DNA of 32,000 nt from Candidatus Harpocratesius repetitus. GTDB taxonomy: Archaea; Asgardarchaeota; Lokiarchaeia; Sigyniarchaeales; Promethearchaeaceae. The notes under the pieces are model-generated. The model made no database searches. It was not told where the DNA came from and was given only the letters and a program-made list of their open reading frames with translations. Where the stretch lies: assembly GCA_021498095.1 (NCBI GenBank), contig JAIZWK010000001.1:4050001-4082000 (forward strand). The letters are read 5' to 3'. A program made the translations under genes and the position numbers. Positions within the stretch are counted from its first letter, which is position 1, and each line of letters starts with the position of its first letter. Positions 9,031 through 17,769 of this stretch are shown here, piece after piece.

Positions 9031-9806
9031 ATGGAACTCTGGTTATTTATTCTCTTATTTCTTCCTATTGCAATGTTAATTGGTATTGCAACAGCTTCCA
9101 TAAGTTTTACTAGTTGGCATACATGTGCATTATTATTTAGAGATATTGATAAAAAAGGGTTATGGCAATCACTAAATATCAGGGTAAACGTGAATCTAAA
9201 GTAAATGCTCAATCAGAAAAGACGAACATGGCACAAAAAGAATCATTTGAACCAACACTGGATTCCAAACACATGCAATTTCATTTATTTCACCGATTTC
9301 AAAAGTGTTTTTCTAAATATTCGCATGCTAAATTGAAACAACGTTTTCAAGCACGATTTCAGAATCAGTATTTTGAAAAACTAAAGAAACAATTAGGTGA
9401 AAATGATTTTAAATCTCTTCCAGAATCTGTAGTATATAGTATCATTTTTATTGGAGTTGTTGTATCAGGAATATTAGGAGGATCGATTGGAATTGGTTCA
9501 GGGATGAATTTTACATTGCTTTTTATTTTATTACTCGGAATGGAACATCTTCGAGCCACAGGGACAGGAAGTTTCTTAATGATGATTTTAATGGCTCTGG
9601 CAACATTGTTATTTTATCCATTAGTTATTATTTCGAACATTTGGCAGTATTTAGTGATTGGCATATCTTTTTCTGCAATTGGAACTATAATTGGTGCAAA
9701 ATTTACAATTAAATTACAAAAGAGCATGTTAAGTTATCTGGTGAGTGGAACTCTTCTGATTATTGGCATTTTTGCGCTGGTTCAAGAGGTTTTTTTTCTT
9801 AAATAA
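9031..9806 (+). pseudogene. Sulfite exporter TauE/SafE family, disrupted (frameshift plus apparent loss of most of the N-terminal repeat)
   Basis: First TM 'MELWLFILLFLPIAMLIGIATASISFTSW' (ATG 9031) is in one frame. The second repeat 'SGILGGSIGIGSG...LLLGMEHLRATGTG...GTIIGAKF' is in another (9162-9806), with TAA at 9150-9152 blocking upstream extension of that frame. Confidence 0.6.
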
Positions 9807-9929
9807 AAAAGAAGAGAAATAGTGATGAAAAATTAACACTTTTTTATCAAATCTCGAGATAATGATGCACATGTGTGTCGTATCGGATAATTTTCCGCAC
9901 ACGCTGTGTACGGTGCACCTTTTCAACTA

Positions 9930-10439
9930 TTATTCGATTGATTGGAGTATCTTCTTCCAATTTTTCAAATCTTTTTTGGAATAACGTTTTTGATAACTCC
10001 AAAATTTCAAACTTTTGGCAACAACATTCTTTTTTATTTTTGTATTTTTTAAAAGCATTAAAAGAAAATCAGGTAAGCGAAAAGCAGGAATTTGAGAAAT
10101 ATAGCATTCGGAAAATAACTCTCCGTCATCGGTTAAAATAAGAAATTCTGATTGTTTATTAGAATAGCCTAAATACCATAGAGTTTGATCTGCGGTATCT
10201 AATTCTAATATATCAGGATACTGGATGATTTTTTTTTCAAAATCTGATTCATCAATTGGAATAATGATTAAGTCAGAAAGAGGTAAGAAGTTAACAATCT
10301 CATAGTGAACAAATTCTTTTTTTACCGCTTCTGTGATTCCAACAAAATATTCTCGTAACAAGATTCGTAAATCAATAATTTTAGATAAAAATAATTCTTG
10401 CATATGGCTTGCAAAACAAGTGTCAATAAGAAATATCAA
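9930..10439 (-). CDS. PIN-domain toxin of a type II toxin-antitoxin pair
   Basis: Acidic tetrad positions intact: 'FLIDT', 'ITEAVKKE', 'LDTAD', 'ILTDDG'. Lies 16 nt downstream of the antitoxin. Confidence 0.75.
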   Translation of the reverse strand: MIFLIDTCFASHMQELFLSKIIDLRILLREYFVGITEAVKKEFVHYEIVNFLPLSDLIIIPIDESDFEKKIIQYPDILELDTADQTLWYLGYSNKQSEFLILTDDGELFSECYISQIPAFRLPDFLLMLLKNTKIKKNVVAKSLKFWSYQKRYSKKDLKNWKKILQSIE

Positions 10440-10455
10440 AAGCTATTACACCCTT

Positions 10456-10788
10456 TTATCGATTTTTTCGTCGAAAGCTTGACAAATCAAAGTTTTCTAT
10501 TAAGTTCTTGCTTGATTCTCTTGTTTCATCGCTTATTACTTCTTCAACACCTCGTTTTGTCCATTCATTGAGAAATTCCAATGTTGAAAGTCCAGATATT
10601 GTCCATGCTCGTTTACGGCCAATTTTTCCAGCTTTTAATAAATTAAACGCTAGATTCACTCTTAAGCGGGAAATTTCTTTTAAAGTTGCCTGTTTAGCTA
10701 ATTCAGCGGCGCTTATTCCGAGGTTTTTTGAAATTATATCTACAATCTCTTTGATTTCCTTATCTATTCGAAAATTAATTTGTGCCAC
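10456..10788 (-). CDS. Antitoxin: N-terminal ribbon-helix-helix plus UPF0175-like domain
   Basis: 'AQINFRIDKEIKEIVDIISKNLGISAAELAKQA' (RHH) then 'AFNLLKAGKIGRKRAWTISGLSTLEFLNEWTKRGV' (UPF0175-like). GTG start. Confidence 0.75.
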   Translation of the reverse strand: MAQINFRIDKEIKEIVDIISKNLGISAAELAKQATLKEISRLRVNLAFNLLKAGKIGRKRAWTISGLSTLEFLNEWTKRGVEEVISDETRESSKNLIENFDLSSFRRKNR

Positions 10789-10845
10789 AATTTGCTAATA
10801 TAAATAATTATATAAAAAGCTATTTATTATAGAAAAAATTTGCTA
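10789..10845 (-). promoter_or_regulatory. Probable promoter/operator of the TA operon (leaderless)
   Basis: Minus-strand TATA-like TTTTATATA about 21-29 nt upstream of the GTG, and direct repeat AATTTGCTA at 10789-10797 and 10837-10845. Confidence 0.4.
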
Positions 10846-10913
10846 CATATTGTATTTTTATACTGCTTCAAGAAATACTTCTCGTTTTGTAACTGATTTC
10901 AGTATGAATAAAA

Positions 10914-11189
10914 TTACAAAAACATTTTGGGAAGGGAACGAGTGATATTGGTGCGGCATTTATCGATCCATTGTTGCAGGTATTGCTGCAGCAATGCTTC
11001 ATTTCCAGATATTGCCCCAAGTTTCTCCTTTTTCTTTCGATCTTTGCTCTTTTTGAGATGATTAGAAGGAATTTTGAGGGTTTTCTCAGTCTCTGCAAAT
11101 TTCACAGCTTTACCAAATATCAAAGCATATTCATAATTGAAGAGTAAATTTGCAAATTCATTTCTCGTTGAATGGTACAATTCTTGCAC
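10914..11189 (-). CDS. Short hypothetical ORF or gene remnant
   Basis: 91-aa ORF with ATG start and no recognisable motif. Confidence 0.25.
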   Translation of the reverse strand: MQELYHSTRNEFANLLFNYEYALIFGKAVKFAETEKTLKIPSNHLKKSKDRKKKEKLGAISGNEALLQQYLQQWIDKCRTNITRSLPKMFL

Positions 11190-11270
11190 TTAATTTCACA
11201 AAATTTTTATTAAATCTACTTCTTAATTTCTTGTTAAGGTTTGAAAATAAAGAAATGCATTTATTATTAA

Positions 11271-11373
11271 GCCTTCGTGTCTTAGTGGTATAGAGTTGCC
11301 TTGGTAAAGAATAAAACTGTATTCTTATTCTCTTTTAAGGCAAAGGTCGAGGGTTCAAGCCCCTCCGAAGGCT
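11271..11373 (+). tRNA. tRNA-Thr(GGT) with 31-nt intron at 37/38 (intron 11307-11337)
   Basis: Acceptor GCCTTCG/CGAAGGC, U73 discriminator, anticodon stem TTGCC/GGCAA, anticodon GGT at 11303-11305, T arm GAGGG-TTCAAGC-CCCTC. The intron forms a 7-bp AGAATAA/TTATTCT helix in the expected register. Confidence 0.88.
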
Positions 11374-11441
11374 TTATTTCCTTTTCAATTTCTTTCGTCA
11401 AGAATATTAAGAGAAATATTTTCATTCCCCTCTTAAAAAAT

Positions 11442-11542
11442 GCTTTCATGTCTTCGTGGTATATTGATATCTTGATAAAGAATATTTTAAATTCTTATTC
11501 TCTTTGAGGTAAAAGTCGAGGATTCAAACCCTTTCTAAGGTA
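11442..11542 (+). pseudogene. Decayed tandem copy of the intron-containing tRNA-Thr (anticodon position reads GAT)
   Basis: Hand alignment to 11271-11373 gives 76/103 identities including the intron. Acceptor and T stems carry mismatches. Confidence 0.8.
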
Positions 11543-11900
11543 TCTATCCCATATTCGATAAATTCCCAATCATTTTTGAGAGTGACCTTTATTTGCTTGG
11601 AAACGTTTACATTTTTTTGAAAGTGATCTGTAATAGTATATAAGTGAACTAAATAATAGAAACAATCAGCTTCTCTGATTTTGTCATAGATCTAAACATA
11701 TCCTGCGTTTAAAGGAAGCCATCCAGTAAAATAAGGATAATTCTAAGTGATTTTTTGGGAAATGGGGAGAAATAAAAAGATACAGTAAATATAAATAGAT
11801 TAATGCAAAATTTAGAAAAAGCTTAAAATCAAAAATGTAAACGAATCATTTTTAATCAATTTGAAAAAATTTAATAAGTTTTTATTGATTCTATCTAATT

Positions 11901-12407
11901 ATGGAAGAAAATATGCGATTACAATTCAAAATGATTGTCTTTGCAACCGAAAATGGGCTTCCATTAGTATCTGTTAAAATAGATAAAAATTTGGACGAAA
12001 AATTCTTAACACCGTTCTTTTCATCGATTCATCAATACTCCGATCGAGGAGGATTAGACTCTAATGAAACCCGAATTCTTATAAAAGATTTAGAGATAGT
12101 AATTAATCGAAAGAATAAAATTATGTTAATAGGGGTTTTTAGTGAAGATCTTAAAAAACTTCCTTCTATACAGGAGAATATGTATCGAATGCTTGAGCTA
12201 TTTGAGAAGATGTACAAAGAAGAATTAACGGCAATAGATAATGGTGAAGCTGTAGACATGTCAATTTTTAAAAAATTCGAGGTTTTAATCGAAAATCAAA
12301 TACAATCGTATATTGAAGAAGTTAAAAACATCGAAAACGAAAATAAGCCTCGACAATCCATTTTCGGAAAATTAATTAGCATTATCAAAAATCATGCAAA
12401 ACAATAA
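11901..12407 (+). CDS. Longin/roadblock-like domain protein (Asgard type)
   Basis: 'MIVFATENGLPL...FLTPFFSSIHQYS...ILIKDLEIVI...MLIGVF...MLELFEKMY' longin-like pattern. Confidence 0.6.
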   Translation: MEENMRLQFKMIVFATENGLPLVSVKIDKNLDEKFLTPFFSSIHQYSDRGGLDSNETRILIKDLEIVINRKNKIMLIGVFSEDLKKLPSIQENMYRMLELFEKMYKEELTAIDNGEAVDMSIFKKFEVLIENQIQSYIEEVKNIENENKPRQSIFGKLISIIKNHAKQ

Positions 12408-12524
12408 CAACACACTCATTTTACATATAAAAGATTCATAATTTTATATATTTATTCAATATTTCTTAATATTTTTTAATATTTTTTGTATCTTTTTTTT
12501 CTCCTGATTTATTATTATTAATAA

Positions 12525-14795
12525 TCAAAATAAATTCAGTTGTTGGATATATGATTCCATTTTTAACTGAAGCGCTTGAAACTGTTCTGCAGTTAATTCT
12601 ACATTTGATCGGATATTCTGTTCACGAAGATACAGTTGAGCAAACAAATTTGCATAAAGTTGTTTGGTTGTAGGTTTACGACTCTTTTTTAATATTGTTT
12701 TTAATCGAGAAATGTGTTTATTGAAAAAATCAGAAAGCAAAATAGGCACAAATCCATAAATACCATAAGTGTGCTCTTGAATTCGCTTAAATCGGTTGTA
12801 TGTAAATCCTCTAGAACCAACAAGCTCCTTAAAAATGCTTTGGATGATTGAATATCGAAATTCGACAATATCCTCTTCTGCAATTGCGGCTTTCATAATC
12901 AATTTTAAATGTAAATCTACAATTGGGCTCCCAAGTAAATTTAGAAAAAAGGATAATTCAGGACCTTCAGCAAAGAGTATTTTCTTACATATCTCTCGGG
13001 TTTCATCGTTAAGTCTATGTGTGCTGGCAATTAATTTAGTTCTTAATTCTTTATACATCGTTTCCGAAATCCCTGAAGTACTTCCGCGATAAATATGTTC
13101 TAATTCTTCTTTGAGATGAAGCGCACCGAAAACAAACTGGAAATCAAGACATTGCTTAATGGCTAAGGATATTCGTCCACCAGGAACATAAATTCCCGAG
13201 TAAAATTCAGTTAGGACACTCCATGGAAGAATGTTAGAAATGACTCTAATTCCCTTTTTTACCAGTGAAACAACTTGATCAGGCATCAAAATTAATTGGG
13301 GATAGGTTTTCTTTTTATTAGGTGATAAGGCAACAAAATTGGGCGCGCAAAGAGTCATATCAAAGGGTTGTAGAGATGATGCAATTGGTGATTCACTATC
13401 AACGATCAATCTGATATTATCTTCAAATGCGGTTAAAAATTCGGAATGATGTAAAGAAGCGTTCACATCCCATTGAACGATTACTCCTGTTCCCGGTAAA
13501 ACAGAATCCAAACAACGCTCCCGCGGTTTTTCAATCCAATTGGGTAAAGAAGTTTTATTAGATTTGCCTTCTAGATATTTAAAAAGACTTAAATGCGCTT
13601 GATACTCTTTATATGTGATATATTCTCTCCCGCTTTGTTTAATATGGGAAAAAATATAACTCAAACAAGGATTTCTTTGTACTGTTTTGGTTGAATAGCG
13701 AGAATACTCTTCACCGTAATCAAAATTTAAATAAATTTGATCTTTATTTCCTGTTGATTTTAAAAGGTATATAAAAAAAGAATCCATTTTTTCCAAGCGT
13801 ATTTGATTGTGAAGGGATTTACTTGCTTCTGTTGAAGATTGAACTAACCAATGTAATAAACCTTTAAGTTCAGTGTTATAATATTCCAGCATTCGATGAA
13901 GAATTAACTTCCGCTCATAAAGAATAGGAGATTCTAAAGAAATTTCTTTAAGGTGTTTTTTAAAATTAGAATTAACTTTCTCGAAAATTGATTCTTGGTT
14001 GGAACCAAATGCTAACTCGCACAAAATCAAAATGTCGAGCAATTCAACAGAATTAACAGATGATGGCATTTTAAGAGATTTAAAAGAGAAAGGTTTTTGT
14101 AGAAGATTTGATGCGCGTACTAGATAATGTAATAATTCTAAGCGGTTTGTGATATGAGAGATCCAAAATGTGTCTAAAAAATATTCAAGACTAGCTTGGA
14201 AAGCAGAGATAAATGGTTTGGCAGCAATTTGAAGGAATTTTTCTTTTAATTCTTTCGAAACAAGGGACATTATGTCAAATATGCGGATTAATTTAGCAGT
14301 AGGAGGTAATTTCTCCAATTCCTCTTCGATTTGAGAGATTATGGAAGGAATAATTCGATTTCGATGCCTTTCTGAATCAAAATATTGAGACAGCAGTAAG
14401 ATACGATCCTTAAGTGAAATCGATTCATTATCTGGATTTTCAAGTAAAACCTGTTGCTTTATATCATTCAAATAATTTTCAAGATCATATTCGCGAATTT
14501 TTTGGAGCTCATTATGAATTTGATAAATTCGATCAACTTGTTCAGGCGATAGCATAAGAAGTAACTTGGCAATATGCTTGCAATTTCCATATCCTTTTGC
14601 AAAATCATAACACCAATGTGCAATATACTTCTCTTCGCAATTAATAATGATTGTATAGGGTTTACTTTCACTACCTTGAATAACGCAGTAAGCAATTATA
14701 GGATCATCCTTTACAACTTGAAATTCGAGTACATCTTGAGATTTTATCCGTCTTGCTCGAGACAATCTTGCTGAGTCTACAAATCTTCTAACCAT
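12525..14795 (-). CDS. SWIM zinc-finger protein with a large uncharacterised C-terminal region
   Basis: 'VIQGSESKPYTIII...AHWCYDF.....CKHIAKLLL': SWIM finger with H-x-C in place of C-x-C. Third gene of the MoxR-vWA cluster. Confidence 0.7.
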   Translation of the reverse strand: MVRRFVDSARLSRARRIKSQDVLEFQVVKDDPIIAYCVIQGSESKPYTIIINCEEKYIAHWCYDFAKGYGNCKHIAKLLLMLSPEQVDRIYQIHNELQKIREYDLENYLNDIKQQVLLENPDNESISLKDRILLLSQYFDSERHRNRIIPSIISQIEEELEKLPPTAKLIRIFDIMSLVSKELKEKFLQIAAKPFISAFQASLEYFLDTFWISHITNRLELLHYLVRASNLLQKPFSFKSLKMPSSVNSVELLDILILCELAFGSNQESIFEKVNSNFKKHLKEISLESPILYERKLILHRMLEYYNTELKGLLHWLVQSSTEASKSLHNQIRLEKMDSFFIYLLKSTGNKDQIYLNFDYGEEYSRYSTKTVQRNPCLSYIFSHIKQSGREYITYKEYQAHLSLFKYLEGKSNKTSLPNWIEKPRERCLDSVLPGTGVIVQWDVNASLHHSEFLTAFEDNIRLIVDSESPIASSLQPFDMTLCAPNFVALSPNKKKTYPQLILMPDQVVSLVKKGIRVISNILPWSVLTEFYSGIYVPGGRISLAIKQCLDFQFVFGALHLKEELEHIYRGSTSGISETMYKELRTKLIASTHRLNDETREICKKILFAEGPELSFFLNLLGSPIVDLHLKLIMKAAIAEEDIVEFRYSIIQSIFKELVGSRGFTYNRFKRIQEHTYGIYGFVPILLSDFFNKHISRLKTILKKSRKPTTKQLYANLFAQLYLREQNIRSNVELTAEQFQALQLKMESYIQQLNLF

Positions 14796-14851
14796 AATAA
14801 TTGCCTTATTTTGTTGCTTGATGTAAAGTTAAGTGAGAAAATTTTATTATA

Positions 14852-17704
14852 TCATACTCTACTTAAAATTTTTGAGACAATATTAGGAAAATTCTTCCAA
14901 TCTTCTACCGGAATAATAGCAGCATTAGCAGATTCAACCAAAGCTTGAATATTTCCAAAACTTCCCATATTAGGAGGCACAACTAAAGCGCTGCTAACAC
15001 CCATATCAGATATTTTTTCCAAACTTTTTTCAGATTGTCGAAAATCTCCAAGCATTGCATCTGTAACCATTATAAATACTCGATCTTGACTTCTGGAGAG
15101 TTCAAATTGCTTTTCAGCCCATTCTAAAGCACGACTCATTTGTGTTCCCCCTCGAGCAGTAAGATCTAAGATTTCATCCACTACTTCATCTAGATCAATA
15201 GATTGCCCAATTTTACAAATAACGTGAGTATTACTTTCAAATAATGCAACAGCAAGTTCGTCTCGCGAAAATGCAAAAAGTAACATAGCTGTGGCTAAAG
15301 CGGCACTAGCTAAAGGGGCTCCAGACATTGATCCTGAAATATCAACTAAGAATACCACACACCGTCGACCAGAAACTTCCTGCCGCACAATGAAATCATC
15401 TGTGGTAATATCTGCTAAACTTTTTCCTGTATCGAGAATATTCTCTACAGTTTCATCCAAATCTATCGAATCAAGTTCATCACCTAATACATACGGCCGA
15501 GTTGTTCCTTCAGGTAAAGGTCCTGCCTCTGAAGATCCTATTAAACTGGCAGCGCGCGCTTTTGCTAAATCGATCATAATACGTTTAGCGTGATCTTTGA
15601 TTATTTGCCGAAATCGGCTTGGAATATAGCGCCCACTTAAAAACCAATTAAAAAGTAAATTTTCTCCGGTGCCAGCTCCCAATGCTTGGTCAAGAAGTTC
15701 TTCCCCTTCAGAATTGTTAGGAAGTTGTTCTAAAACCAATTCTAATTTCATGTGTGCAATCGCTCCTAAAGCATTAGTACGATGCATTTTAATGGCAATT
15801 GAGATCAGATCTTGAAGTTCTTGATTTGAAAGTGCACCTTTTTCGATATATGTTCGTAATTCATTGAAATTTACATCAGATGTTTTCAATTGAGATTTAA
15901 CGTATTCAAAAATACTGCCAATTAATCGAGCAATCTCAGTCGCTGTCATCCCGAATTGTTTTCCTTTTGAACGTACAAATTGAGGATCAAATTCAAGCTG
16001 ATTATCACGGGCAAATCCGACACTGTTTTCTAATTCTTCTCGTGTCTTTGAATTTGCAACCATTTGATGATTTAGGTTTTGGAGTAGCTCATGAATCAAA
16101 TCTTGAAGGATAGGTTCGGAAATTTTATCAAGTGTTATAGACAATTTATCACGTAAATGTATTTGATCTAACCAATCCGGGGAATTTTCAGAATAGTTTT
16201 CAGCATAGTTATCAGGAGATTTTGTTAACACGGAAGGAATTTGATTGTTCAATGAAGTTGAAGCAGGTTTTTGGGATAGAGATGAATTAACGTTTGAATT
16301 AGAAGGAACTGATGATGTAGAAGCAGTTGATGTAGGATCGACTGATTGAATATACTCAGTATATGAAGATTTATCATAATCTTTAGGAAGGGTTTGCTGA
16401 AAATATACATTTAGTGAATTTCTTAATAAGTCTTCCCATTCTGCACTTGGAATTGGATTGTTTAAAAGATCTTCAAAATTTAATTCTTCAAAAAACTCAG
16501 GAAACCGATCAATACCTTGACGCAGAAAATTCGTCTGCAATCTATCATCAACTGCTTTGGCTTTCTGTAAAAATTCTTGAGCGTCAAAAAGCATTTTTGA
16601 TTGATCGAGAATTTTATCAAAGAGTGTCCGATCTAAATAATCAGTAAAAAGCTCAGGAAACCGAAGAAGATCATCAATAGTATGAGTATTTTCTCGCATA
16701 AATGATTCAACATGAGATATTACATCTTCAAGATTCCCTGCTTTTGGATGTTCTTGAAGATCATAGCGATCCACGAAATTTTTGTATTTGTATAGAAGTT
16801 CAAGATCATCTGACATTTCTTTATGAGACATCTTATTTAATAAAGTATCAATCTCTGAATGAAGTGAATGGAGAGCAACCGATTGCGAAGAATCAGGTTT
16901 TTCAGTTAGAGATAAAAGATCTAAGGCATTATGAACTCTTGATTCATGAGAAAGTTCCCGAACTTGATCATTCATGTTTAAAATATGAGATTGAATAATG
17001 CTTTCATCATCAATGTAAGGTACAGATTGAAGAATACTATTTCGCGCAAGTTCCATTAATGATTCTTCAGATGAGATTTTTCGATTTAATATCTCCGACC
17101 GTCCACCTAATCTTTGGTAAGAAGTAAATTTTTGAATTCGGTGGAGCCATTGATCTTCTTGCTCTGAAAGTGCAGATGATTTTAAGGATCTAAATGATGA
17201 AGGAGCATTTAGATCGAAAATAGATTTTTCAAATTCATCGATAAATTTGATAGAATCCAAATCTTGACTAACATCTACTGATTGATTTAATTGAAGAAAA
17301 TCCAAGATTTCTTGCAGTAATAACGCTTGTTGACTAAGGTGAACTGGAATGGAACTTTGGTTCTGATTAGAAATCGAAGAACTATCGTTAATTTCATTTG
17401 TTTCAAACTGTTCAAAAAAGATTTTTTTTGATGGATCAGGTTGATCAAGCAAAATTCTCAATGCGATCATTTCAGCATATGATTGAGCTTCAGGGGGTGT
17501 AGTTATAACTGCTAAATTTACCAATTCTTTTATTTCTAAAGGTTTACCTTGTCGTAAAATGCAAGCAATTCCCATAGAACAGATGGCTTGAGATTTTCGT
17601 GATGTAAATAATTCACGCTTAATTCCCGGGGCTTCATCAATACAATTACGGGCAGTTTCCACAAATTCTGCTGCAAATTCAATTAAATCGATCGACAAGC
17701 TCAT
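14852..17704 (-). CDS. Large vWA-domain protein (CoxE/ChlD-like MoxR partner)
   Basis: Intact MIDAS 'LVDISGSM' ... 'ARGGT' ... 'MVTDA', the pre-vWA 'RPY..GD...IDLDETVE' motif, and an S/T/N-rich linker around 16170-16350. Confidence 0.85.
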   Translation of the reverse strand: MSLSIDLIEFAAEFVETARNCIDEAPGIKRELFTSRKSQAICSMGIACILRQGKPLEIKELVNLAVITTPPEAQSYAEMIALRILLDQPDPSKKIFFEQFETNEINDSSSISNQNQSSIPVHLSQQALLLQEILDFLQLNQSVDVSQDLDSIKFIDEFEKSIFDLNAPSSFRSLKSSALSEQEDQWLHRIQKFTSYQRLGGRSEILNRKISSEESLMELARNSILQSVPYIDDESIIQSHILNMNDQVRELSHESRVHNALDLLSLTEKPDSSQSVALHSLHSEIDTLLNKMSHKEMSDDLELLYKYKNFVDRYDLQEHPKAGNLEDVISHVESFMRENTHTIDDLLRFPELFTDYLDRTLFDKILDQSKMLFDAQEFLQKAKAVDDRLQTNFLRQGIDRFPEFFEELNFEDLLNNPIPSAEWEDLLRNSLNVYFQQTLPKDYDKSSYTEYIQSVDPTSTASTSSVPSNSNVNSSLSQKPASTSLNNQIPSVLTKSPDNYAENYSENSPDWLDQIHLRDKLSITLDKISEPILQDLIHELLQNLNHQMVANSKTREELENSVGFARDNQLEFDPQFVRSKGKQFGMTATEIARLIGSIFEYVKSQLKTSDVNFNELRTYIEKGALSNQELQDLISIAIKMHRTNALGAIAHMKLELVLEQLPNNSEGEELLDQALGAGTGENLLFNWFLSGRYIPSRFRQIIKDHAKRIMIDLAKARAASLIGSSEAGPLPEGTTRPYVLGDELDSIDLDETVENILDTGKSLADITTDDFIVRQEVSGRRCVVFLVDISGSMSGAPLASAALATAMLLFAFSRDELAVALFESNTHVICKIGQSIDLDEVVDEILDLTARGGTQMSRALEWAEKQFELSRSQDRVFIMVTDAMLGDFRQSEKSLEKISDMGVSSALVVPPNMGSFGNIQALVESANAAIIPVEDWKNFPNIVSKILSRV

Positions 17705-17769
17705 TTTTCATTACTCTATCTTGATAATTTAACCTTGTTAGTTACTCTGCCTTATTTAATTAGGTTGCT

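Noticed and set aside
9151-9159. Programmed -1 frameshift at the A6G3 tract of the TauE-like gene
   Set aside because: The tract is not an in-frame X_XXY_YYZ heptamer, and shifting would still leave most of repeat 1 missing.
11442-11542. Functional tRNA-Ile(GAT)
   Set aside because: Acceptor stem has two mismatches plus wobbles, the T stem and D arm are broken, and the body is Thr-derived.
11543-11900. Possible gene remnant downstream of the pseudo-tRNA
   Set aside because: The frames I translated stop within about 30 codons and show no recognisable motif.
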